Positions 45,201-53,146 of a stretch of DNA of 64,000 bases are shown here, in pieces (position 1 is the stretch's first letter; each line of letters opens with the position of its first letter). The notes beneath the pieces are model-generated. The model saw only the letters and a list, made by a program, of their open reading frames with translations, had not been told where the DNA came from and searched no databases. The DNA lies in contig CAKROZ010000002.1 of assembly GCA_934373635.1 (NCBI GenBank), positions 123,540 through 187,539 on the forward strand, written 5' to 3'. The DNA comes from an uncultured Eubacteriales bacterium (lineage in GTDB: Bacteria; Bacillota; Clostridia; Oscillospirales; CAG-272). A program made the translations under genes and the position numbers.

Positions 45201-45504
45201 CGACAACGACTGCGATCCGACCTGTAACGTCTGCGGTGAGGAGAGAACACCACAGCCGCACGACTACAAGCACACGTGCTCCGAGATCTGCTCTGTCTGC
45301 GGCTACCACCGCACCGACGGTGCCGATCATAAGTACGGCGATCACAGCTGTGCAACGAAGTGCTCCGTGTGCGGGGAGAAGACGAGAAAAGACCCGCCCG
45401 AAAAGCACAAGGACGACAACAAGGACGGAATCTGCGATGAGTGCGGCGAACGCACTTCCACCGGCGATTCCGGCAACATGACCGAGGAGCATCCCTTCTC
45501 CTGA
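42271..45504 (+). CDS. 1077-aa predicted lipoprotein built of 43 tandem H-x-[YF]...C-x3-C-x2-C modules (unassigned family)
   Basis: The signal peptide MKKKILLFLAVLCLLLGLTAC carries an L-T-A-C lipobox. It is followed by 43 consecutive modules, e.g. HKYDNDCDPTCNVCGAERIVEG, all with exact C-x3-C-x2-C spacing, plus a C-x2-C remnant at the end. The gene has its own promoter and terminator. Confidence 0.85.
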   Translation: MKKKILLFLAVLCLLLGLTACSLVGADPSTCEHVYTNECDDTCNKCGAVREAPHAYENGCSTKCPKCGKERVTEHKYDNDCDPTCNVCGAERIVEGHKYDNVCDAVCNICGATRDVPDHVYATKCSPTCTVCGHVRQVNHTYASACAEKCSVCGETREPTVAHEYSSECDTTCDKCGKVRTTEVAHEYFGECATKCKWCGEVRANNTAHRWSGDCDSECNVCHETRETTVEHNYDGKDCRETCTVCGARRVFDPDKEQPEHTYAGPCSDRCSVCGEAREVIPHKFSSDCDTTCDNCGATRTGTPAHTFLHDCQTKCEYCDGVREMPEGMSHNFEFECSEFCSVCKEANPDHKAHDYGNLPNCNAECERCGATRIPPHRYLSACAEFCADCGAERPKDQIKEEHNYGDHACRETCLNCGKHRSASGSHNYAKPSCDEECSVCGELREAPHIYSSDCDEECNVCGHKRKAPHGHTYSGGSESCDTICNVCGAERTTKTPHIREHVCDDICKVCGVSIGQEKPHIYPAGEVRCDTKCTVCGKEKGDHVYGESGLAEECDTTCNECGAVREAPHSYLNDCATDCQLCGQRTRENPPHNFTYRCQTKCADCDYTREAEAHSFTYECDTECPVCHETREAHHEYDSNCTQECKFCHRITRAAEDVPHEFAHPECDEVCPTCGAPNLHAEGHDYNGSPSCDAVCKYCGRKQGNHTYGDPNIGLAPECDDECNVCGDKRKAPHFFDHPCDETCKECGKERLDRDEHKYADDCTKICEVCEKETRENPPHVFSSDCDETCNVCGYVRKGGKGGEKNPSPHNYIHKCQTHCEDCDHVREAAEVDHTYTAGRELCDTECLVCHETRIPPHKYASNCDEKCDICLKERTPTEGHHYIEPCGTICTECNQRRASGTAHSYDKEYCDTQCKICGERRTPTHFYKTDCSEECMYCDNGKRTHLKDHTYSGDCDVVCNECGEKRVLNDPHHVYDNDCDPTCNVCGEERTPQPHDYKHTCSEICSVCGYHRTDGADHKYGDHSCATKCSVCGEKTRKDPPEKHKDDNKDGICDECGERTSTGDSGNMTEEHPFS
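42367..45405 (+). repeat. Coding tandem repeat: 43 diverged units of ~63-90 nt
   Basis: I segmented the units by hand from the translated sequence. The units have diverged at the DNA level, except for one near-identical pair (42499-42546 and 45199-45246). Confidence 0.85.
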
Positions 45505-45520
45505 TCGATCTTTCATTCAC

Positions 45521-45556
45521 GAGGACTGTCCCGCGGGTGACTGCGGGACAGTCCTC
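45521..45556 (+). terminator. Hairpin terminator of the Cys-rich lipoprotein gene
   Basis: GAGGACTGTCCCGC-GGGTGACT-GCGGGACAGTCCTC is a perfect 14-bp stem. Confidence 0.75.
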
Positions 45557-45762
45557 CCCGTTTGTAGATCTGCCGCGCGGCGGCGGGTTCGCTTCAGGAT
45601 CCCGCGCTTGCGGTATGCTTCTTTGGAAATGCCGCTTCGGCGGCGCCGGTTTCTTTCGTTTTCCGAACCGACGGAGCGATCTTTTCGCATTTTGAACCGA
45701 CGGAGCGATTTTCTTCCTCCCGAATGTCCGAAGGCTAAGGCTCCGAAAACTTTCCGATCTAA

Positions 45763-45798
45763 CACCGAATTTATCACCGAATTTATCACCGAATTTAT
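45763..45798 (+). repeat. Perfect 12-bp x3 tandem repeat (CACCGAATTTAT) upstream of the purine permease gene
   Basis: Read directly. Other CCGAA-containing motifs and a 16-bp direct repeat (GAACCGACGGAGCGAT at 45665 and 45694) lie nearby. Confidence 0.8.
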
Positions 45799-45842
45799 AA
45801 AAGAAAGGCTTTCCGACGCGACGCGTCGAAAAAAACAAGACA

Positions 45843-47237
45843 ATGAATTCCATCAAAAAGTTTTTCAAACTGGAAGAACACGGCACGACCGTGAAAACAG
45901 AGCTTCTCGCAGGTCTGACGACCTTCTTCGCCATGGTATACATCCTGATGGTCAACGCGGGCATGTTCACCGCGACGGGCGTATCCTACGGCGCCATCTA
46001 CATTGCGACAGCCATCTCTGCCGTCATCGGTACGGTGCTGATCGGTCTGCTTTCCAACCTTCCCTTGGCGCAGGCGAGCGGCATGGGGCTGAACGCATTC
46101 TTCGTTTACACCGTTTGCATCGGCTTCGGATTTACCTATGCGAACGCGCTCGTGCTCGTGCTGATCGACGGTCTCGTCTTCATTGCGCTGACGCTGACGG
46201 GACTTCGCAAGAAGATCTTCGAGGCGATTCCCGACGCGGTGCGCGTCGCCATCCCGGCGGGTATCGGTCTGTTCATCGCGTTCCTCGGTCTTCAGAATGC
46301 GAAGATCGTGATCCCGAGCACCTCGACGGGTGTCACGCTCGGCTCCTTCAACCTTCTCTCCCAGCCTTGGGGCAACGTCATGCCGATGCTCGTCACCATC
46401 GCGGCATTCCTTGCCATCGCCATCATGGCGAAGAAAAATGTCAAGGGTGCGGTGCTTTACGGCATTCTCGGCGGTGCGGCGCTCTATTACCTGCTCGGTC
46501 TGACCGTTCCCGATTTCTATGCGAACCTCGGAATTACGCTTTCGAGCCCGTTTGACGCGTTCGGCGAATTCTTCAACGAGTCTTTCTTCAAGGTCTTCAC
46601 CGAGGGCTTTGACTTCTCGGCTTACGCCGCGGCAAACGGCACGGCGAACCTCATCCTGATGATCCTGACCACCTCCCTTGCCTTCTGCATGGTCGACATG
46701 TTCGACACCATCGGCACGCTGTACGGCGCCTGCGCGAGAGGCAACCTGCTGACCAAAGAGGGAGAGGTCCCGAACATGGATCGCGCCATGCTCGCCGATG
46801 CTATCGCAACGACGACGGGTGCCATCTGCGGTACCTCCACGGTCACGACCTTCGTCGAGTCCTCCGCGGGTGTTGCCGAGGGCGGACGCACGGGTCTCTC
46901 CTCCATGGCGACCGCGTTCTTCTTCCTTGTGGCGATGTTCCTCTCCCCGATCGCACAGCTGATTCCCTCCTGCGCGACGGCGGCGGCGCTCATCTACGTC
47001 GGCGTCCTCATGATGTCCTGCGTGACGAAGATCGACTGGCAGTCGCCCGAGAGCGCGATCCCCGCGTTCCTCACGCTTGCCATGATGCCCTTCTCCTACA
47101 ACATCTCCTACGGTATCGCCTTCGGTCTGATTTCCTATGTCGTGCTTCACGCCTTCACGGGCAAAATCCGTGAAATCAAGGTCGGGACATGGGTCATTAC
47201 CCTGCTCTTCCTTGCGATGCTTCTCATGACGCACTGA
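45843..47237 (+). CDS. NCS2/AzgA-family purine (adenine/guanine/hypoxanthine) permease
   Basis: MNSIKKFFKLEEHGTTVKTELLAGLTTFFAMVYILMVN is the hallmark N-terminus of AzgA/PbuG-type permeases. About 12 TM segments are present. Confidence 0.85.
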   Translation: MNSIKKFFKLEEHGTTVKTELLAGLTTFFAMVYILMVNAGMFTATGVSYGAIYIATAISAVIGTVLIGLLSNLPLAQASGMGLNAFFVYTVCIGFGFTYANALVLVLIDGLVFIALTLTGLRKKIFEAIPDAVRVAIPAGIGLFIAFLGLQNAKIVIPSTSTGVTLGSFNLLSQPWGNVMPMLVTIAAFLAIAIMAKKNVKGAVLYGILGGAALYYLLGLTVPDFYANLGITLSSPFDAFGEFFNESFFKVFTEGFDFSAYAAANGTANLILMILTTSLAFCMVDMFDTIGTLYGACARGNLLTKEGEVPNMDRAMLADAIATTTGAICGTSTVTTFVESSAGVAEGGRTGLSSMATAFFFLVAMFLSPIAQLIPSCATAAALIYVGVLMMSCVTKIDWQSPESAIPAFLTLAMMPFSYNISYGIAFGLISYVVLHAFTGKIREIKVGTWVITLLFLAMLLMTH

Positions 47238-47254
47238 TCGGCGAAACAATCATC

Positions 47255-47306
47255 AAAAAGGACAGCCGCAAATCGTTTTTCGGGCGATTTGCGGCTGTCC
47301 TTTTTC
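47255..47306 (+). terminator. Long hairpin terminator
   Basis: AAAAGGACAGCCGCAAATCG-N9-CGATTTGCGGCTGTCCTTTT. Confidence 0.85.
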
Positions 47307-47434
47307 TGCGCTCGTGCGATAAAACGGGACGTGTATCGGGGCGGTGTGCGTATCGGGTGGCGCGTGCGACACGGAACACAATCCGTTAAGAATGGAGAAA
47401 GAGGCGTTATCATAACAAATATAGAAAGAAACAG

Positions 47435-47562
47435 AAAATGAGCACCCGACCATAGAAAAAAAACAAAAAATGAGTGCCTGACCGTAGGAAGAAGTAAAGG
47501 CGGGCGTCCGACCGTTGGAAGAAGTAAAAGGCGGGTGTCCAAACGTTGGAAGAAACAAAAAG
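47435..47562. repeat. ~31-bp degenerate tandem repeat (4 units) immediately downstream of the groEL terminator
   Basis: The units start near 47435, 47467, 47498 and 47529. Each resembles one arm of the terminator hairpin plus its T/A tract (e.g. GGCGGGCGTCCGACCGTTGGAAGAAGTAAA). Confidence 0.7.
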
Positions 47563-47591
47563 CGGGCACCCGACAATTTGTCGGGTGCCCG
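47563..47591 (-). terminator. groEL rho-independent terminator
   Basis: CGGGCACCCGACA-ATT-TGTCGGGTGCCCG, followed on the minus strand by CTTTTT. Confidence 0.85.
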
Positions 47592-47604
47592 TGTGTGTGT
47601 TCGA

Positions 47605-49544
<1,940 letters not shown>

Positions 49545-49573
49545 TGTGATTTCCTCCGTTTGTTTTGTTTGAT

Positions 49574-49600
49574 TTAGCACTCAATAATTGTGAGTGCTAA
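49574..49600. promoter_or_regulatory. CIRCE operator (HrcA binding site)
   Basis: TTAGCACTC-N9-GAGTGCTAA is a perfect consensus match, located between the groES promoter and the start codon. Confidence 0.95.
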
Positions 49601-49614
49601 CCCTTACAGCTTAT

Positions 49615-49643
49615 ATTGTATACTAAGCGACCCGAAAAATCAA
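49615..49643 (-). promoter_or_regulatory. SigmaA-type groESL promoter (TTGATT-17-TACAAT on the minus strand)
   Basis: The reverse complement was read directly. Confidence 0.65.
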
Positions 49644-49683
49644 TAGTTTTCCCGATATTTCACAATTTGTTAACATTTTCTTA

Positions 49684-50421
49684 TCACACGAGGTCACGGC
49701 GTAAGATTTCGAGAATTTTTTTCTCTTCTCGCGAGACCTTGACCTGCGTGAGTCCCAAGGCCGCCGCTGTGCGCGACTGGGAAAAATCGCGGAAGTAGCG
49801 GAGGAGGATCAGCTGTTTTTGCTTCTCGGGCAGTTTTTCAAGCGCCATGCGAAGGGCGAGGCGGTCGAAGTCGCGGCGGGGAGCATCCTCGTCGAAGACG
49901 GTACCGCCGAGGGTGGTGGGGTCATCGTCGTCGTAGGCGTGCTCATCGAGGGAGCGGACGGGTCCCGAGGCGAAGATCGCGCCCGCGGCATCCTCACGGC
50001 TGACACCGACCGCGGCGGCGATGTCATCGATCGCGGTGCTCTCCCCCGTGTTCATTCTGCGCTCGCGCTCGGCGTTCAGGATGGCGGAGAGGCGCTTTTC
50101 CTCTCTCGACACCTTGATCAGCCCGTCGTCCCGCAGAAAGCGGCGGATCTCCCCGAAGATCAGGGGGACGGCGTAGGTGGAGAAGGCGCACTCGCGGGAA
50201 AAATCGAAGGTATTCATCGCCTTGACAAGTCCGACATTCCCCGTATCGACGAGCTCCTCGATGTCGCGGTAGCGTCCCGCGAATTTCCCCACTATGTGGT
50301 AGACGAGCGGACGGTTCAAGAGGACGAGCTCTTCCCCCGCCTCTCTGTCCCCCGCTCTGTACGCCTTCAGAAGGGGGATATTTTTATCGTAGCCGCTGTT
50401 TTTTTCCGTCGGGTGACTCAT
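49684..50421 (-). CDS. sigF: Sporulation sigma factor SigF
   Basis: It has sigma-70 regions 2-4 (VYHIVGKF, GNVGLVKAMNTFD, FSTYAVPLIFGEIRRFLRD) and follows spoIIAB in the operon. Confidence 0.9.
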   Translation of the reverse strand: MSHPTEKNSGYDKNIPLLKAYRAGDREAGEELVLLNRPLVYHIVGKFAGRYRDIEELVDTGNVGLVKAMNTFDFSRECAFSTYAVPLIFGEIRRFLRDDGLIKVSREEKRLSAILNAERERRMNTGESTAIDDIAAAVGVSREDAAGAIFASGPVRSLDEHAYDDDDPTTLGGTVFDEDAPRRDFDRLALRMALEKLPEKQKQLILLRYFRDFSQSRTAAALGLTQVKVSREEKKILEILRRDLV

Positions 50422-50437
50422 GCTTCCTCACGTCAGG

Positions 50438-50881
50438 TCACGGGTGAAGAATTTTTCTCATCAAGACGGTTGTCCCTTTTCCGATCCTCGACTTGACCGT
50501 CAGGGAATCGGTAAAGCTCTCCATCACGAGAAATCCCATGCCGCACCGTTCGCCCTCCGACCCCGTGGTATAAAAGGGCGTGCGTGCACGCTCCACATCG
50601 GGGATGCCGCACCCGTTGTCCGAGATCTCCACCGAGACCTCGCGCACGTCGTACAAGCGAACGGATATGTAGATGTAGCCGCACTCCCCTTCGGGAAGGT
50701 CGCGGTAGGCGTGGACGATGCAGTTCGTCACCGCCTCACTGACCGCGCACCGCAGGTCGGCAAGCTCCTCTACCGTGGGATTCAGTCCCGCCGCGAAGGC
50801 GGAGACGATGCTCCGCGCGACGCTCTCGTTTTCGCTTCGTGCGTCAAGGCGCACTTTCATTTCGTTGATGACCCGTTTCAT
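50438..50881 (-). CDS. spoIIAB: Anti-sigma F factor (serine kinase) SpoIIAB
   Basis: SENESVARSIVSAFA, EAVTNCIVHAY and DNGCGI are HATPase_c motifs. Confidence 0.9.
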   Translation of the reverse strand: MKRVINEMKVRLDARSENESVARSIVSAFAAGLNPTVEELADLRCAVSEAVTNCIVHAYRDLPEGECGYIYISVRLYDVREVSVEISDNGCGIPDVERARTPFYTTGSEGERCGMGFLVMESFTDSLTVKSRIGKGTTVLMRKILHP

Positions 50882-50913
50882 TTCGGATTCCTTCCTTTTT
50901 TCTTTCTGCGCTT

Positions 50914-51234
50914 TCAGCGTCTGACGGTCACGTTCTTCATCCTCTCGACGCCCGAGAGAAGGATCAGGCGCTCGAGCCGCGGGGAAAGTCCCGTGACCTG
51001 TACCGAGGCGCCCATCTCGAGCGCGATCTGTGCCCGCCCGAGGATCAGCCCGATGCCCGAGCTGTCCATGAATTTCACCTCGGAAAAATCGAGGAGAAGC
51101 ACCTCGGGATGCTGCTCAAACATTTTTTTATCGATCTTCTCCCGCAAAAAACGGGCGGCGTGGTGGTCGATCTCCCCCGGCAGCACTGCCCGCAGTTTAT
51201 GTTCCTCTTCGAACATGCGGATCTCTTCATTCAT
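50914..51234 (-). CDS. spoIIAA: Anti-sigma F factor antagonist SpoIIAA (STAS domain)
   Basis: The STAS motif is DFSEVKFMDSSGIGLILG. Confidence 0.85.
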   Translation of the reverse strand: MNEEIRMFEEEHKLRAVLPGEIDHHAARFLREKIDKKMFEQHPEVLLLDFSEVKFMDSSGIGLILGRAQIALEMGASVQVTGLSPRLERLILLSGVERMKNVTVRR

Positions 51235-51295
51235 ATTCCTTGCCTTTCGAAAGCCTTTTTTCCTTTATTATAACAATCGGAAAGCGTAAAAGTTG

Positions 51296-51658
51296 TCATT
51301 TTGTGGCAGGGGGGAAAATTTTCCCGTCTTCCGCGTCGATGAGATGGAGCTTTTTCAGGATGTTTTGACGGATCCTTTGTTTTTTTCGCTTATAGGTGCT
51401 CTCGGAACATACGGCGCGGCTGTTCGCGTAGCCGATCTTTGCGCCGATCTCCTCGAGATAAAGGCGCGTCTCCTCGTCGTCGGCACATTCCTCGCGTGCT
51501 GCCTCGTAGACACGGGCGTTCAGGTATGCGTATTCCATCCGCACGCGGAAATTCCCTTCCCCTGTGCGGAGGATCTCCTCCCTGCGCGGAAAATCGAGAC
51601 AGAGCCCCGTCAGGAGCGTATCGAGACCCGTGGGGAGCTTCAAAAGAGTATCCGACAT
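51296..51658 (-). CDS. Hypothetical 120-aa protein with a C-terminal sigma-region-4-like HTH
   Basis: EEIGAKIGYANSRAVCSESTYKRKKQRIRQNILKKL resembles an HTH. It overlaps the upstream ORF by 19 nt. Confidence 0.4.
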   Translation of the reverse strand: MSDTLLKLPTGLDTLLTGLCLDFPRREEILRTGEGNFRVRMEYAYLNARVYEAAREECADDEETRLYLEEIGAKIGYANSRAVCSESTYKRKKQRIRQNILKKLHLIDAEDGKIFPPATK

Positions 51659-51939
51659 CTGCTCTCCTCCAATTCCGTGCGGAGCTCGTCCAGCTTGGTT
51701 TCGAGTTCGCCGAGATGCTCGAGCGCCGCGCGGGATTCCTCCACCAGCTCCTCGAGGGAGGCGACAAGCTTCTTCGGCTCACCGCCCGTCGTACAGAGCG
51801 TTTCTACCACCATATCGCGAATGTTCAATTTTCTGTCCGTCTCGCGGATCTGCTCGGCGATGCGACGGATGTCCGTCCGTATCTCCCCCGGCGTGCGATA
51901 CAGGGCGCCGTATGGGTATGCAAACTCTTCGTTTCTCAT
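51640..51939 (-). CDS. Hypothetical 99-aa coiled-coil protein
   Basis: It is an open frame with plausible codon usage and a helical, E/L/R-rich C-terminal half. I recognise no family. Confidence 0.35.
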   Translation of the reverse strand: MRNEEFAYPYGALYRTPGEIRTDIRRIAEQIRETDRKLNIRDMVVETLCTTGGEPKKLVASLEELVEESRAALEHLGELETKLDELRTELEESRCRILF

Positions 51940-52161
51940 GTTTTCTTTCCTTCTTTTTTATAGTACCGTTTTCCGCTTTCGCAGTGTTTTTCCGTGTCGG
52001 TACCGTCTCCTCCCCGAAACGGATGCCGTCACTTTCTGTCGTAAAGTCACTTAGCCCGTGAATTTTCGTGAATAAGTAACTTGTTACGTGACTATAATAG
52101 CAGAAGAAAAGTCACTTGTCAAGTGATTTTTCGAAAAAAATAAGAAATTTTCGAAAAACTA

Positions 52162-52190
52162 TTGCACATTGAGTGACTTTATGCTACAAT
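52162..52190 (+). promoter_or_regulatory. SigmaA-type promoter (TTGCAC-17-TACAAT) overlapping GTGACTT operator-like motifs
   Basis: Read directly. Confidence 0.55.
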
Positions 52191-52269
52191 ATATTTTACA
52201 AAGTAACATGATACGTGATTTTTCGACAAAACACGAAGCATCACGACTTCGCACGGAAAGGAGTGTGCT

Positions 52270-52893
52270 ATGCTATCCAATAATCTTCACAAGTTTCGTC
52301 GGCAATCCGGGCTTACCCTTGAGGAGGTCGCCGAAAAGATCGGGACGAGCAAGCAGACCATACACCGATACGAAAACGGTGTCATCTCCAACGTCCCCGC
52401 GGACAAGGTAGAGGCACTCGCCCGCGTGTTCGGTACCACGCCGTCGGAGCTCATGGGCTGGCGGGCGGACGGCGGCTTTTCCTATGAAAATCTCATGCCG
52501 GTCAAAGCAAAAAAGCTTCCGATTCTCGGACGAATTGCCTGCGGAAAGCCGATTTACGCCGAGGAGGAGCATGAAAGCTACGTTTTGAGCGATACGGTGC
52601 CGAACGCGGACTTCTGCCTCAAGGCAGTCGGTGACTCGATGATCGGGGCGCGCATTTACGACGGGGACATCGTCTTCATCCGCTCGCAGGAGAGCGTCGA
52701 CAACGGAGAGATTGCCGCCGTCATCATTGACGACGAGGCGACACTCAAGCGTGTTTATTTTTACCCCGAAAAACAAAAACTGATTCTTTCCCCCGAAAAT
52801 CCGCATTACGAGCCGCTTGTCTACCTTGGCGGGGAGCTCGACCATATCAAGATCATCGGGAAAGCGGTGGCGTTTCAGAGTGTTGTAAGATGA
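52270..52893 (+). CDS. LexA-like repressor: XRE-type HTH fused to an S24 self-cleaving peptidase domain
   Basis: The HTH_3 is LTLEEVAEKIGTSKQTIHRYENG. The S24 core has GDSM (catalytic Ser) and AAVIIDDEATLKRV (Lys). It lacks the canonical LexA winged-helix N-terminus. Confidence 0.75.
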   Translation: MLSNNLHKFRRQSGLTLEEVAEKIGTSKQTIHRYENGVISNVPADKVEALARVFGTTPSELMGWRADGGFSYENLMPVKAKKLPILGRIACGKPIYAEEEHESYVLSDTVPNADFCLKAVGDSMIGARIYDGDIVFIRSQESVDNGEIAAVIIDDEATLKRVYFYPEKQKLILSPENPHYEPLVYLGGELDHIKIIGKAVAFQSVVR

Positions 52894-52897
52894 TTTG

Positions 52898-52918
52898 GAT
52901 AATTATGAATTATGAATT
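52898..52918 (+). repeat. AT-rich heptamer array, copy c (GATAATT ATGAATT ATGAATT)
   Basis: It starts 5 nt after the stop codon and is followed by GGTGCGGAG...GAGAGTTTA, as in copy d. Confidence 0.7.
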
Positions 52919-52956
52919 AGGTGCGGAGTCGGGCGATTGCGGGTTGAGAGTTTATA

Positions 52957-52986
52957 AAAGGCGCGGAGGGGACCGCGCCTTTTTGC
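52957..52986 (+). terminator. Rho-independent terminator
   Basis: AAGGCGCGG-AGGGGA-CCGCGCCTT followed by TTTGCTTTTT. Confidence 0.75.
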
Positions 52987-53110
52987 TTTTTCGGTGATGA
53001 TGGTTGCTTTCGATGTTTTGCGATTTTCTCTTCCCCAACGATTGGCAGAAAGCCGATAAAAAAGCGCAGGGTTCCTTGGAACCTTGCGCTCTTTTGTTTG
53101 TCATTGGGTT

Positions 53111-53142
53111 CTTGCCGTCCCCGGGGGTACGGGGACGGCAAG
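53111..53142. terminator. GC-rich hairpin 5 nt from the stop of the giant gene
   Basis: CTTGCCGTCCCC-N8-GGGGACGGCAAG. A T tract is present only on the plus strand. Confidence 0.55.
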
Positions 53143-53146
53143 GTTT

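Noticed and set aside
42367-45405. Reading the C-x3-C-x2-C modules as radical-SAM or multihaem (C-x2-C-H) cofactor sites, or as a multi-core RiPP precursor
   Set aside because: There is no radical-SAM TIM-barrel context. Only 4 of 43 modules have C-x2-C-H, and no cytochrome c maturation genes are seen. The Sec/lipoprotein signal lacks a twin-arginine motif, which argues against export of pre-assembled cofactors. No maturase, protease or transporter genes flank the gene, as a RiPP locus would require. These alternatives are kept only as tests under the main finding.
45505-45842. A purine (guanine/adenine) riboswitch upstream of the NCS2 permease
   Set aside because: I could not find the conserved three-way-junction core (UAUAAU...GGAUAUGG...CUACC...CCGUAAAU-like blocks). 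The region instead holds short DNA-type direct repeats.
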